From NCBI GenBank assembly GCA_038087875.1, contig JAXLNO010005195.1:1-64000 (forward strand): a stretch of DNA of 64,000 nucleotides, given 5' to 3'. This document shows, one piece after another, positions 1 through 13,000 of this stretch. The notes beneath the pieces were generated by a model, which was given only the letters and a program-made list of their open reading frames with translations, searched no databases and was not told the DNA's origin. This DNA comes from Malacoraja senta. Its lineage: Eukaryota. The position numbers and the translations under genes are program-made. Positions within the stretch are counted from its first letter, which is position 1, and each line of letters begins with the position of its first letter.

Positions 1-525
1 AAGCAATTTAGAACGGAGACGAGGAAACACTTTTTCCCACAGAGAGTTGTGGAGTCTGTGGAATTCTGTGCCTCAGAGGGCGGTTCTCTGGATACATTCA
101 AGAGATAGCCAGATAGAGCTCTTAAAGATAACAGAGTCAGGGGATGAGTCAGCGGCAGACACCCGGGTTCGAACCCGACCACGGGTGCAGTTTGCACGGA
201 GTTTGTACGTTCTCCCCGTGATCTGCGTGGGTTTTCTACGAAATCTTCGGTTTCCTCCCTCACTCCAAAGACATACAGGTTTGTAGGTTAATTGGCTTGA
301 TGAATTGGCTTGATTTAAAAAAAAAAAATTGTCCAAGTTGGCGATATGCAGAGTACTGCCCTGCCGACTACAAAATTCAGAAGGTTCAGAAGGTATGGGG
401 AGAAGGCAGGAACGGGGTACTGATTGGGGTTGATCGGCCATGATCACATTGAATGGCGGTGCTGACTCGAAGGGCCGAATGGCCTACTCCTGCACCAATT
501 GTCTATTGTCTATTATCTATTGACT
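1..525 (+). mobile_element. CR1 3' end with a SINE fragment (~150-330) inserted
   Basis: CR1 3' motif gaagggccgaatggcctactcctgcac plus tattgtc tail; SINE B box ggttcgaaccc inside. Confidence 0.75.
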
Positions 526-1009
526 AAAGCTTGAAAGTACTTCCCACCAGATTCAGGAACAGACCTTGGGATTATTATCTGTAGCTGTAACGTTATATCG
601 CCGTAACATTATGTTCTACACTCTAGTATTTTTTTTCTTTGCATAACCCGTCGTGCTTGCATTACTAGAATGATTTGTACGTCGTACGACTAGTTTGTAC
701 TCGTATAGTATAGTATGATTTGAGTGGATAGCACGCAAACAAAATCGTTTCACTATATCTCCGCACACGTGATAACATTAAGCCATCCCAACACCGAAAT
801 CAATATCGCATTTATCTCCGATCATCCACTTGTGAGTACGAGTGTGTAAATTGTGTTAGGACGTGAATGTTAGCGCGGGCACCTGCTATATCAGTGCGCA
901 GAGGTGGATATTCACCCTGTAATGTACTCGTGTACATTAATTAACTGTTCACATTGACTTGGGAAGGAAATGCACCAGCCCTCGGTCCTACGGGCTCTGG
1001 TTTCATGAA

Positions 1010-1320
1010 CCAAACGACACAAGTCAAAACCTAGGGGACATGTATTTAAGGTGAGCGGGAAAAGATGTAATAGGAATCTGAGCGGCAACTTTTTCACAAA
1101 GAGGATGGTGGATATATAAAATGAACTACCGGGGGAGGTAGTTGAGGCATAAACTATAATAATATTTAAAATACATTTGCACAGGTACATGGATATGTAA
1201 ATTTAGAGGGATATGGGCCAAACGCGGGCAGGTGGGACTAGTGTAGATGGGGCGTCTTGGTCAGCTGGGCAAGCTGGGCCGAAGGGCCTGTTTCCGTGCT
1301 GTGTGACTTCGTGATTCTGT
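1010..1320 (+). mobile_element. CR1-like 3' fragment (second subfamily)
   Basis: Degenerate TRGH..KV..K..RNL..NFF coding remnant and gggccgaagggcctgtttccgtgctg tail. Confidence 0.65.
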
Positions 1321-1585
1321 GATTCAAGCGCCCATATGTAAAGTTCCATGTTCTAACATATTTATGATGTTGACCTTGTAAACGTCTATGAGGAGAGAAT
1401 GGGTGGTTCCCGATACTTCAGTGCCCAGAGAGGAACGACTATCTCACAAGATATTTGCAAGATTAATTGAGAAAGTTAATGATACTGGATCGGATACTTG
1501 ATGAGACACCACGAATGATTGAATAACGGGCGACCGGTTTCAGATCGCTCGTTTGCATCGTCGCGCAAAGCTGAAAGTAAATTCT

Positions 1586-2020
1586 GTCCTGGGCCTCCTC
1601 CGTTGTCAGAGTGAGGCCCAGCGCAAATTGGAGGAACAGCACCTCATATTTCGCTTGGGTAGCTAATACCCAGCGGTATGAACATTGACTTTTCTTACTT
1701 CAAGTAACCCTTGCGTTCCCTCTCTCTCTCCATGCCTCCTCCTTCCCAGTTCTCCAATCAGTCTGATTGTCCCCTGATTACATTTAATCTCTGTTTGAAG
1801 GAAGACAAAAATGCTGGAGAAAATCAGCGGGTGAGACAGCATCAATGGAGCGAAGGAATAGGTGACGTTTCGGGTCGAGACCCTTCTTCGGTCTGAAAAA
1901 GTGTCTCGACCCGAAACGTCACCATTCCTTTGCTCCATAGATGCTGCCTCACCCGCTGAGTTTCTCCAGCATTTTTGTCTACCTTCGATGTTTCCAGCAT
2001 CTGCAGTTCTTTCTTAAACA
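1586..2020 (+). mobile_element. Penelope-like element 3' fragment with inverted pLTR pair
   Basis: GIY-YIG tail (KLEEQHLIFRLG..GMNIDF) followed by head-to-head copies of the gaagggtctcgacccgaaacgtc unit. Confidence 0.8.
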
Positions 2021-2662
2021 TTTTATCTCTGTTTGCTTCGTTGTTAGCTTTCTCCTAGCTAACAGTGACCTATTCTGCATTTTCCTTGATCCCCATCTCC
2101 TTTGATGACTCATTTTCACACCTTAATCTTCCTTACTCTTCCCCCACCTACATTAAAAGTCTTCTCACCCACCACTCCTCCTCCAGGTCCCTCAGATCGG
2201 CCGACTTGGGGTTGCTGAATATCCCGCGGTCTAGGCATATGCTCAGGGGCGACCGCGCCTTTGTGACTGTGGAACAGCATCCCTCTTCCCATCAGAACGG
2301 ACCCCCCCCCCATCGACTCCTTTAAGTCTAGACTAACAACGTATCAGTACTCCCAAGCCTTTCCTGACGTCCTCTGAGCGAGGGTTATATGTATATATGT
2401 ATGTAGTTTGTTTGTTTATACTATTCTTATAACAAATGTAAAGCACTTTGGCCAACGAGAGTTGTTTTTTAAATGTGCTATATAAATAAATGTGACTTGA
2501 CTTGACTTATCTCTCTACCCTGACTGAAGAAGGGTCTCGATCCGAAAAGTCACCCACTCCTTCTATCCAGAGATGCTGCCTGCCCCGCCGAGTTACTCCA
2601 GCGCTCTGTGCCTTTACCGCAAGAACGACCCGGAATGGAAAGGCAAGCAGCCACTCACTCAC

Positions 2663-3190
2663 CTTGTATTTCTCCACCGCCTCGTGGATCAGCATAAAGT
2701 CATGCTGCTTGTGACTGCCGCCCGCTCTCCCGTCCAAGCACATCACGCAGATCAGTTCCCTGTCCGTCTCGCAGAAGAGTTTCAGCTCTTCCTTGTGTTC
2801 CTTGCAGTACAGCTTGGGCGCCGCTTGTCTCGGCAGAGCCGGCGGTCCCTCTTCGCCCACCTGCCTGGCCGGGGCCAGGTTGAGCGTGCGCGCAGTGTCG
2901 GCCAGGTGGCCCAGCGCCCGGTTGGCCCTCACGCTGTTCTCGCCGATCACCGTCCCGCACTGGGGACACGAGTTGGCCTCGCCGCCCTCGCAGTACACCT
3001 GCAGGCAGGCCTGGCAGAAATTGTGGCCGCAGTCCAGAATGACCGGCTGGTCGAAAAGCTCGATGCAGATGGGACAATTCAAGTATTCGGCCAAACTCTC
3101 CGCCTGTTCCTTGAATGCTATGTTCAGCCGTAACTTCTGTGGTTTGTCTCCCGCTTCCTCATCCTCCTGCCGCCCCTGAGCCGTATCCAT
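2663..3190 (-). CDS. TRIM E3 ligase (RING + B-box2), coding exon 1; downstream coiled-coil/PRY-SPRY exons not found in window
   Basis: 176 codons from ATG 3190 to donor AAG|GTGAGT (phase 0). C3HC4 RING (CPIC..CGHNFCQAC..CPQC) and B-box (CKEH..C..CVMC..HKQH). Resembles TRIM39/TRIM69/A33-type proteins. Confidence 0.9.
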
Positions 3191-3400
3191 GTTTATCCCC
3201 CAAACTCGCCCGGGCTAGTCTCCTTCAGCAGCCGAATCGCCAATACTCTGGAGAGGGAGAGACCAAATGAACGGGGCATATTTCTGGAAGGTCTTCCCCT
3301 CCCAAAATGCTCACCATTGGTTGACAAAGAACATCGCCCAATCGTAACATTGATATTGTTGATACATTTTATATCCGCGATTGTCGGCTTCCGGGACAAT
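3191..3400 (-). promoter_or_regulatory. Putative TRIM proximal promoter
   Basis: CpG-containing unique sequence upstream of the ATG with CCAAT/ATTGG at 3240-3244, 3316-3320, 3338-3342 and an ETS-like CTTCCGG at 3388-3394. Confidence 0.4.
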
Positions 3401-4289
3401 AGACAATAGGTGACGGAGTAGGCCATTCGGCACCGCCATTCAATGTGATCATGGAAAAAGTGTTTCCTCATCTCCGTTCTAAATGGCTTACCCCTTATTC
3501 TTAAACTGTGGCTCCCTAGTTCTGGACTCCCCTAACCTCAGAGGGCGATGGAGCCCTGTTCACTGAATAATTTCAAGAGAGTGCTAGATATGTCTCTTAA
3601 AGCAAGCGGGCTATGGGGAGAAGGCAGGAACGGGGTACTGATTGTGGATGATCAGACATGATCACATAGAATGGCGGTGCTGGCTCGAAGGGCCGAATAG
3701 CCTTAATCCTGCACCTAATGTCTATTGTCTTTTGTCTATTGTCTTTTGTCTATTGTCTATTATCTATTGTCACAGAGTCACGGTCATAACGTCATGCGTG
3801 AAAGCAGAATAAGTAAGTCATTCGGCCCATCAAGTCTAACCCGCCGTTCAATCATGGCTGATCTATCTCTCCTTCCATTTTCCTGCGTTTTTCCCTTAAC
3901 CCCTGACACCCGTACGAATCAAGAATCTATCTATCTCTGCCTTAAAAACACGAATTGACTTGGCAGCCTCCTGTGACTAAGAATTCAACAGATTCACCAC
4001 CCTCTGACTAAATAAATTTCTCCTCGTCTTCTTCCAGACGAAACGTCCATTAATTCTGCAGCTATGACCACTAGTCCTAGACTCTCCCAGTAGTAGACAC
4101 ATCCTCTCCACGTCCACTCTATCGAATGAATGAATGAATACGTTTATTGGCCAACTATTCACATACAAGGAATTTGCCTTGGTGCTCCGCCCGCAAGTGA
4201 CAACGACATACAGTGACAGTTAGGAACCTTGAACATCCAGCCTGAGCATGCATCAACAGTCTGGGTCTTTAAGTGAGGGAGGGGATGGG

Positions 4290-4930
4290 AGTGAAGGTTC
4301 ACAAAGTTAATTCCCGGGTTGGCGGGACTGTCATATCCTGAGAGAATGGAGCGGCCGGGCTTGTATACTCTGGTGTTTAGAAGGTTCAGAGGGGATCTTA
4401 TTGAAACATATAAGATTATTAAGGGTTTGGACGCGCTAGAAGCAGGAAACATGTTCCCGATGTTGGGGGAGTCCAGAACCAGGGGGCCACAGTTTAAGAA
4501 TAAAGAGGAGGCCATTTAAGACTGAGGTGAGAAAAAAGCTTTTTCACCCAGAGAGTTGTGAATTTGTGGAATTCCATGCCACAGAGGGCAGTGGAGGCCA
4601 AATCACTGGATGGATTGAAGAGAGAGTTAGATAGAGCTCTAAGGGCTAGTGGAGTCAGGGGATATGGGGAGAAGGCAGGCACGGGTTATTGATTGGGGAC
4701 GAGGAGAGTTGTGAGTCTGTGGAATTCTCTGCCTCAGAGGGCGGTTCACTGGATACTTTCAAGAGATAGCAAGATAGGGCTCTTAAAGATAGCGGAGTCA
4801 GGGGATATGGGGAGAAGGCAGGAACGGGGTACTGATTGGGGATGATCAGCCATGATCACATTGAATGGCGGTGCTAGTTCGAAGGGCCGAATGGCCTACT
4901 CCTGTGCCTATTGTCTATTGTCTATTGTCT
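4290..4930 (+). mobile_element. Two tandem CR1 3' fragments
   Basis: ORF remnant GLYTLVFRRFRGDLIETYKI..TRG; (tattgtc)n tail. Confidence 0.85.
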
Positions 4931-5429
4931 ATTGAGTCGCTCTCTACGAATTATGAGCGGAGTCTGGTCTAATTCTCCGCATAGGGTGAATATGCAATTC
5001 TACCAGCTGCGGCAATGTGCCGCCCCTAACACCCCAAGTGTCCTGGGGTATTCAGCAGCGATCTTCGCACTGCAGACTACCCACATTCGAGTGGATGGTA
5101 GCTCTGGTAGCCACGGTATCGTTGTGGCTGTTTCAGCTTCTGTGTCAATTCGCGGCCAGCTTGTTATTCAGCCAGCCTTATAAACACGAACGGCCTTTGG
5201 ACTTGGATTTACTTTAAACCGACGGGTTGCAGGATACTCGGCTTATCAATTGTGTGCTTTTCAACTGCAATGAACCATGACCCCGGAGCGGGTCAAAGAC
5301 AGATGGAAGCTCAAGTGGCCTTGGGGCCGTGTTATGCCAGCGCCCAGTAGACTCTGTGTTTCACTGCGATTTTTCAATTGCACTGCCTCTTGCCGGCAGT
5401 GAGGTTTTGTTTTTACATTTAAGGTAGAC

Positions 5430-6275
5430 ACAAAAGGCAGTGAAGAAAGCTGAGGGAGTGTTGTCCTTTATAACAAGAGGATTTCAGTACAGGAGTAAAG
5501 AAGTTCTTCTGCAGTTGTATAGGGCTCTGGTAAGACCACATCTGGAGTATTGTATACAGTTTTGGTCGCCTAATTTGAGGAAGGACATCCTTGTGATTGA
5601 GGCAGTGCAGCGTAGGTTCACGAGATTGATCCCTGGGATGGCGGGACTGTCATATGAGGAAAGATTGAAAAGACTAAGCTTGTATTCACTGGAGTTTAGA
5701 AGGATGAGGGGGGATCTCAAGTTCAAGTGTTCAAGTGAGTTTATTGTGATGTGTCCCTGATAGGACAATGAAATTCTTGCTTTGCTTCGGCACAACAGAA
5801 CATAGTAGGCATTGACTACAAAACAGATCAGTGTGTCCATATACCATTCTATAAATATATACACACATGAATAAATAAACTGATAAACTGATCTTATAGA
5901 AACATTTAAAATTATAAAAGGTCTGGACAAGCTAGATGCAGGAAAAATGTTCCCAGTGTTGGGCGAGTCCAGAACCAGGGGCCACGGTCCTAGAATAAAT
6001 GGGGAGGCCATTTAAGACTGAGGTGAGAAAAAAACTTTTCCACCCAGAGAGTTATGAATTTGTGGAATTCCCTGCCACAGAGGGCAGTGGAGGCCAAGTT
6101 ACTGGATGGATTTACGAGAGAGTTAGATTGAGCTCTGGGGGCTAGTGGAATCAAAGGATATGGGGCGAAGGCAGGCACGGGTTATTGATTGGGGATGATC
6201 ACCATGAATGGCGGTGCTGGCTCGAAGGGCCGAATGTCCTCCTCCTGCACCAATTTTCTATGCTTCCATGTTAAA
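5430..6275 (+). mobile_element. CR1 3' fragment interrupted by a Rex1/Babar-type 3' UTR (5718-5889, minus)
   Basis: LVRPHLEYCIQFWSP..RGDL is broken by the insert; GATCT is duplicated at 5713-5717 and 5890-5894. Confidence 0.8.
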
Positions 6276-6328
6276 ATGCTCGAGTAACTCAGCAGATGAG
6301 GCAGCACCTACGGAGAGAAGGGATGGAT

Positions 6329-6356
6329 GACGTTTCGGGTCGAGACCCTTCTTCAG
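6329..6356 (-). ncRNA. Minimal type-I hammerhead ribozyme motif (Penelope pLTR-derived)
   Basis: CUGAAGA-A-GGGU(CUCG)ACCC-GAAAC-GUC: intact core, stem II, palindromic ACGU minimal stem III. Confidence 0.7.
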
Positions 6357-6619
6357 ACTTTCTTCTTCAGACAAGTCCAACATTCATAGCCCAGCCATAA
6401 TTGCCCTTGAGAGGGCCGAGTGTTGCAGTGCGCCTCCCACGACTTTCACGGCCAGTTTAGAGCTCCATGTTTGGCACTGATCCCGAAACCCGAAACGTCG
6501 CTTATCCATTCCCTCCAGAGGTCGACACAAACAACTGCAGTAACTCAGTGGGTCAGACCGCTTCTTTGGAGAAAAGGAACTGGTGACGTTTCGGCCCCCA
6601 GCCCCCACCCCTCTCATGA

Positions 6620-7100
6620 GAGAGTTATTTCCCGGGACTGTCCTATGCTGAGAGAATGGAGCGGCAGGGCTTGTATGCTCTGGAGTTTAGAAGGATCAGA
6701 GGGCATCTTATTGAAACACATAAGATTATTAAGGGTTTGGACACGCTAGAGGCAGGAAACATGTTCCCGACGTTGGGGGAGTCCAGAACCAGGGGCCACA
6801 CAGTTTAAGAATAAGGGGTAAGCCATTTAGAATGGAGATGAGGAAACACTTTTTCACACAGAGAGTTGTGAGTCTGTGGAATTCTCTGCCTCAGAGGGCG
6901 GTGGAGGCCGGTTCCCTGGGTACTTTCAAGAGAGAGCTAGATAGGGCTCTTAAAGATTGCGGAGTCAGGGAATATGAGGAGAAGGCAGGAACGGGGTACT
7001 GATTGTAGATGACCAGTCATGATTACATTGAATGGCGGTGCTGGCTCGAAGGGCCGAATGGCCTATTCCTGCACCTATTATCTATTGCCTATTGTCTATT
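6620..7100 (+). mobile_element. CR1 3' fragment
   Basis: Standard CR1 ORF2 C-terminus and tattgtc tail. Confidence 0.85.
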
Positions 7101-9149
7101 GTCTCAGGGCACATTTAGAGAAGGGATCTTATTGAAACATATAAGATTATCAAGGGTTTGGACACGCTAGATGCAGGAAATGTTCCCGATGTTGGGGGGA
7201 GCCCAGAACTAGGGTCCACAGTTTAAGAATAAGGAGTAGGCCATTTAGAACGGAGATGGGGGTGCAGCTCTATGCGTCTTCAGTTCCAGTCATCTCCGTT
7301 TTAAATGGCTTACCCCTTATTCTTAAACTGTGGCCCCTGGTTCTGGACTCCCCCAACATCGGGTACATGTTTCCTGCCTCTAGCGTGTCCAAGAGTGAGA
7401 TTTTGCTCTTTAGGAGATTGAATGTTAGGGGAAGGAATACCCTTATCGTTAAGACTCTTAACAGCATTGATATGCACAGGGACCCAGTTAAGAGTTTGCT
7501 GCATGTGACAGCACAAATATATAGGGTGGTAAATACGGTATGCTTGCCTTCCTTGCTCGGGTCATGGAATATAAGAGTCAGGGAGTTATGATGCAGCTCT
7601 ATGCGCCTTCAGTTTGGCCACGTCTGCTGCATTGCGTGAAGATCCGGTCATCTCATTACAGGAAAGACGTGGAGGCTTTGGAGAAGGCACGGTTAATCAG
7701 AATGCTACCTGGATTGGAGGAACTCAGATAGAGGGAGAGTTTGGATACACTTGGATTGTTTCCTCTGGAGCGGCCGAAGTTGAGGATAGACTCGGCACAG
7801 ACCTTGTTTTGTGCTGTACTGTTCAATGTTCTACGCTCTAATTTCCCCCAGCAAACGATTCTCACCTTCCCTGACGGTATTCGTCGGAAAGCTGGCACCG
7901 ACTCGATGGGCTGAACGCACTCTTGGCAACTCATGGGTAAATATCAGACGGAGACTTCAGACACGGTGCGCGGTGCAGCTGAATGTCGGTGTCAGCGTTG
8001 CTTTCATTGCCATTACACAATGGCTGGGGTGAGCCCGAGTTCATATCCAAAGGGGCTTACTGAGTAACACAGGGCTCAGCGAAACACGAAGGAACTCTGA
8101 TCGAACGCTACACGTGTCGCCTCAACCTCACCTGTAGGACCTGGTGCTATCTCTGCAAGTTCAGAAGCTGACAAACTTTGCATTGATCTGACTGCGTCGG
8201 AAGAATAGGCAATGGACAATAGGTGCAGGAGTAGGCCATTCAGCCCTTCGGTCCTTCGAGCCAGCATATGCTCCAGAGTGAAGAATAAACCATCTGAAGA
8301 AGAATCCTGGCCCAAAACGTTGCCTATCCATGATAGACAATAGACAATAGGTGCAGGAGTAGGCCATTCGCACTTCCAGCCAGCACCGCCGTTCAATGTG
8401 ATCATGGCTGATCATCCCCAATCAGTACCCCGTTCCTGCCTTCTCCCCATATCCCCTGACCCCGCTACCTTTAAGAGCCCTATCTAGCTCTCTCTTGAAA
8501 GTATCCATAGAACCGGCCTCCACCGCTCTTTGTGTTTTAATTTGCTTTTCTCCATATTTCCTGCCCAAGTCAAGGGATATGGAGAAGAAGGCAGGAACTG
8601 ATTGTGAATGACCAGCCATGATCACATTGAATGGCGGTGCTGGCTCGAAGGGCCAAATGGCCAACTCCTGCACCTATTGGCTATTGTCAATTGTCTATAA
8701 TATGAAATGTTGGTAACCTTCGTTAAAACACATCGTAAAAATTGCAATTGAGTATCGACTGAGCTAGAAACACAATTTGCACAAAATGCGTTACTTAGCA
8801 CGACTTGCATAACTTCAAGTCAAACTCTGCTTATCTTCGGGACCTTGCATCATATCATCTCCATCTATCTCCTGCTCAAACGAGACCAAGACTAAACCGG
8901 AATGTAGCTTTCAATCCAGGGTGGCAATTCGGTCTAAGACCAAGTGAAGGCCATTCAACCATTCGAGGCTGTTCTTCCTCTCCGGCAGCACATAGCTGGT
9001 GTGCTCCTGAACGCCAACTTGCCTTCCATCCCCGCCCCACCTGCAAAGACAACGCCAACGCTATTTCTCAAAACGCGAAAGGCTGCGTATCCATGTCCTC
9101 CAGAAAAGAATGACCAGCTGAGTTACTCCAGCATATGGTGTCTTTCTTT

Positions 9150-9710
9150 GGTACTTCTGCAGTTTTGGTCCCCTAATTTGAGGAAGGACATTCTTGCTAT
9201 TGAGGGAGTGCAGCGTAGGTTCACAAGGTTAATTCTCGGGTTGGCGGGACTGTCATATGCTGAGAGAATGGAGCGGCTGGGCTTGTATACTCTGGAGTTT
9301 AGAAGGATGAGAGGGCATCTTATTGAAACATATAAGATTATTAAGGGTTTGGACACGCTACAGGCAGGAAACATGTTCCCGATTTTGGGGGAGTCCAGAA
9401 CCAGGGGCCACAGTTTAAGAATAAGGGGTAAGCCATCTAGAGCAGAGACGAGGAAACACTTTTTCACACAGAGAGTTGTGAGTCTGTGGAATTCTCTGCC
9501 TCAGAAGGCAGTGGAGGTCGGTTCTCTGGATACTTTCAAGAGAGAGCTAGATAGGGCTCTTAAAGATAGCGGAGTCAGGGGATAGGGGGAGAAGGCACGA
9601 ACGGGGTACTGATTGTGGATGATCAGCCATGATCACATTGAATGGCGGTGCTGGCTCGAAGGGCCGAATGGCCTACTCCTGCACCTATTGTCCATTGTCT
9701 ATTGTCTACT
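9150..9710 (+). mobile_element. CR1 3' fragment just upstream of the Ig-like gene promoter
   Basis: [29 protein letters not shown]; tattgtc tail. Confidence 0.9.
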
Positions 9711-10025
9711 TCTTTGCAACGTTAAAGTGGGCGTGGGTCAATGTGTTCGTTGTCTGAATGAATGAGACTTATGCAGCAAAAATAATGTAACATTGGGTTG
9801 TACTGTCCCAGTTAATAAGTGAGCCATTAATTTGTACATTGGACTCTTGCCAGGAGCAGAGAGTCTCCACAGTGAGCAAGACGGGGTTCAATCAACTGCC
9901 TTCCTCTTGGATCTAAGCCTATTGGCTCTGAGAATTGGTCCGACCCGGTTGAGTGCACGGTTCCCTGCTCGCCCCGGGACCCTAGAAGCCCCGACCTCCT
10001 TCAGCCAGGTGGCGGCGCTCAGAAG

Positions 10026-10062
10026 ATGTTGTGCCTCTTGATACCGTTCCTTATTTTTCCAG
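10026..10062 (+). CDS. Ig-like gene exon 1 (leader)
   Basis: ATG...MLCLLIPFLIFP-G followed by CAG|GTATGG phase-1 donor; splices to give the 17-aa signal peptide MLCLLIPFLIFPGLVRA. Confidence 0.8.
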
Positions 10063-13000
10063 GTATGGCTCTCGTGTTCGTGAGGCAGAGCGGCCTTGGG
10101 CCTCTCCTCTCTACCGGATATTGTTCCCGATGCTCTGACCAGCTGGATAGTCCTAGTTGGCGGGACCCCACCAAACGTCTCACCCCCGTGGGATTGATTC
10201 TGTGCTAGGAGTCGTGGACAGTCACTAAGAACGTTGTTACGACGCCAATGCGCGGGTTGATACAAGTGGCGGTACAATGGAGAATAGAATAGAATAGAGA
10301 ATAGACAATAGGTGCAGGAGTAGGCCATTCGGCCCTTCGAGCCAGCACCGCCATTCAATGTGATCATGGCTGATCATCCCCAATCAGCATCCCGTTCCTG
10401 CCTTCTCTCCATATCCCCTGACTTCGCTATCTTTAAGTGCACTCACTAGCTCTCTCTTGAGAGTAATCAGAGAACCGGCCTCCACCGCCATCAGAGGCAG
10501 AGAATTCCACAGAATGCCGGTGAGAAAAAGTGTTTCCTCGTCTCCGTTCTAAATGACTTACCCCTTATTCTTAAACTGTGGCCCCTGGTTCTGGACTCCC
10601 CTAACATCGGGAACATGTTTCCTGCCTCTAGCGTGTCCCAAACCTTAATAACCTTATATGTTTCAATAAGATCCCCTCTTATCCTTCTAAACTCCAGAGT
10701 ATACAAGCTCAGCCGCTCCATTCTCTCAGCATATGACAGTCCCACCATCCCGGGAATTAACCTTGTAAACCTACGCTGCACTCCCTCAATAGCAAGAATG
10801 TTCTTCCTCAAATTAGGGGACCAAAATCGCACACAATACTCCAGGTGTGGTCTCACTAGCGTCCTATACAACTGCAGAATGACCTCTTTGCTCCTATACT
10901 CAACTCCTCCTGTTATAAAGGCCAACATGCCAATCGCTTTCTTCACTGCCTGTTGTACCTGCATGCTTACTTTCATTGACTTATGAACAAGGACTCCCAG
11001 ATCCCGTTGTCCTTCCCCTTTTCCCAACTTGACACCATTTAGATAGTAATCTGCCTTCATGTTTTTCAATGGTTCAGCAGCAGCCACCTTTCAGCATAGA
11101 TGGATGATATTCGGCCCATCTTGCTTGTGCTGGCTCTCTGAGGCCAACCCAATTGCTCTCCCCCTATTAACTTAATGGATAGGAGCACCTTCAATAATTA
11201 GATCCATAGAATCATACAACATGGAAACGGGCTTCTCGGCCGAACTTGTCCGTGCCGACCAAGATGCCCTATCAAAGTTAGTCCAATTTGCTCGCCTTTG
11301 ACCCATATCCCTCCAAAGATTTGTGGTTCTGAGTCTAAGCATTTCCTATCCATATACATGTCCAAAAATATTTTAAATGGTGTTATTGTACCCGTCTCAA
11401 CTACCTCCACTGGTAGCTCTTTCCATATGCCCACCAATCCTTGAGATGAAAAGTTGCCCTCTGGTTCCTATTAGATATGTCTCCTCTCATCTTCAACCAA
11501 TTTCGCTCTGGTTCTTGATTCCTCTACCCCGTGTAAAATATTTTGGATGAAGAGATTCAAAGTAACATTAGCAGATTTGCAGATGACACAAAGCTGGGTG
11601 ACAGTGTGAACTGTGAGGAGGATGCTATGAGAATTCAGGGTGACTTGGACAGGTTGGGGGAGTGGGCAAATGCATGGCAGATGCAGTTTAATGTGGATAA
11701 ATGTGAGGTTATCCACATTGGTATCAAAAACAGGAAGGCAGATTACTATCTAAATTGCGTCGTTGGGAAAAGGGGAAGTACAACGGGATCTGGGGATCCT
11801 TGTTCATCAGTCTATGAAAGTAAGCATGCAGGTACAGCAGGCAGTGAAGAAAGCGAATGGCATGTTGGCCTTTATAACAAGAGGAGTAGAGTATAGGAGC
11901 AAAGAGGTCCTTCTGCAGTTGTACAGAGCACTAGTGAGACCGCACCTGGAGTATTGTGTGCAATTTTGGTCCCCTCATTTGAGGAAGGACATTCTTGCTA
12001 TTCAGGGAGTGCAGCGTAGGTTTACAAGGTTAATTCCCGGGATGGCGGGACTCTCATATGCTGAGAGAATGGAGCGGCTGGGCTTGTATACTCTGGAGTT
12101 TAGAAGGATAAGAGGGGATCTTATTGAAACATATAAGATTGTTGAGGGTTTTGACACGCTAGAGGCAGGAAACATGTTCCCGACGTTGGGGGAGTCCAGA
12201 ACATGTTCCCGATGTTGGGGGAGTCCAGCCACTGTTTAAGAATAAGGTGTAAGCCATTTAGAACGGAAACGAGGAAACACTTTTTCTCACAGAGAAACAT
12301 AGAAATATAGAAAATAGGTGCAGGAGGAGGCCATTCGGCCCTTCGAGCCAGCACCGCCATTCACTGTGATCATGGCTGATCGTCCCCTATCAATAACACA
12401 TGCCTGCCTTCTCCCCATATCCCTTGACTCCACTAGCCCCTAGAGCTCTATCTATCTCTCTCTTAAATCCATCCAGTGATTTGGCCTCCACTGCCCTCTG
12501 TGGCAGGGAATTCCACAAATTCACAACTCTCTGGGTGACAACGTTTTTTCTCACCTCAGTCTTAAATGACTTCCCTTTTATTCTAAGACTGTGGCCCCTG
12601 GTTCTGGACTCGCCCAACATTGGGAACATTTTTCCTGCATCTAGCTTGTCCAGTCCTTTTATAATTTTATATGTTTCTATAAGATCCCCCCTCATCCTTC
12701 TAAACCCCAGTGAATACATTCCTAGTCTTTTCAATATTTCCTCATATGACAGTCCCGCCATCCCAGGGATCAATCTCGTGAACCTACGTTGCACTGCCTC
12801 AATCACAAGGATGTCCTTCCTATAATTAGGAGACCAAAACTGTACACAATACTCCAGATGTGGTCTCACCAGAGCCCTATACAACTGCAGAAGAACCTCT
12901 TTACTCCTATACTGAAATCCTCTTGTTATGAAGGCCAACATTCCATTAGCTTTCTTCACTGCCTGCTGGACCTGCACGCCAACTTTCAGTGACCGGTGTA

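Noticed and set aside
780-1590. Candidate TRIM exon 2 (coiled coil)
   Set aside because: An acceptor-like ttactttcag near 1580 (minus) leads to non-coiled-coil sequence with no suitable donor.
4930-5420. Unique segment between TRIM and the Ig-like gene with HNF4-like motifs (gggtcaaag, tggacttgg)
   Set aside because: Imperfect matches only, no coding signal; cannot be supported without conservation data.
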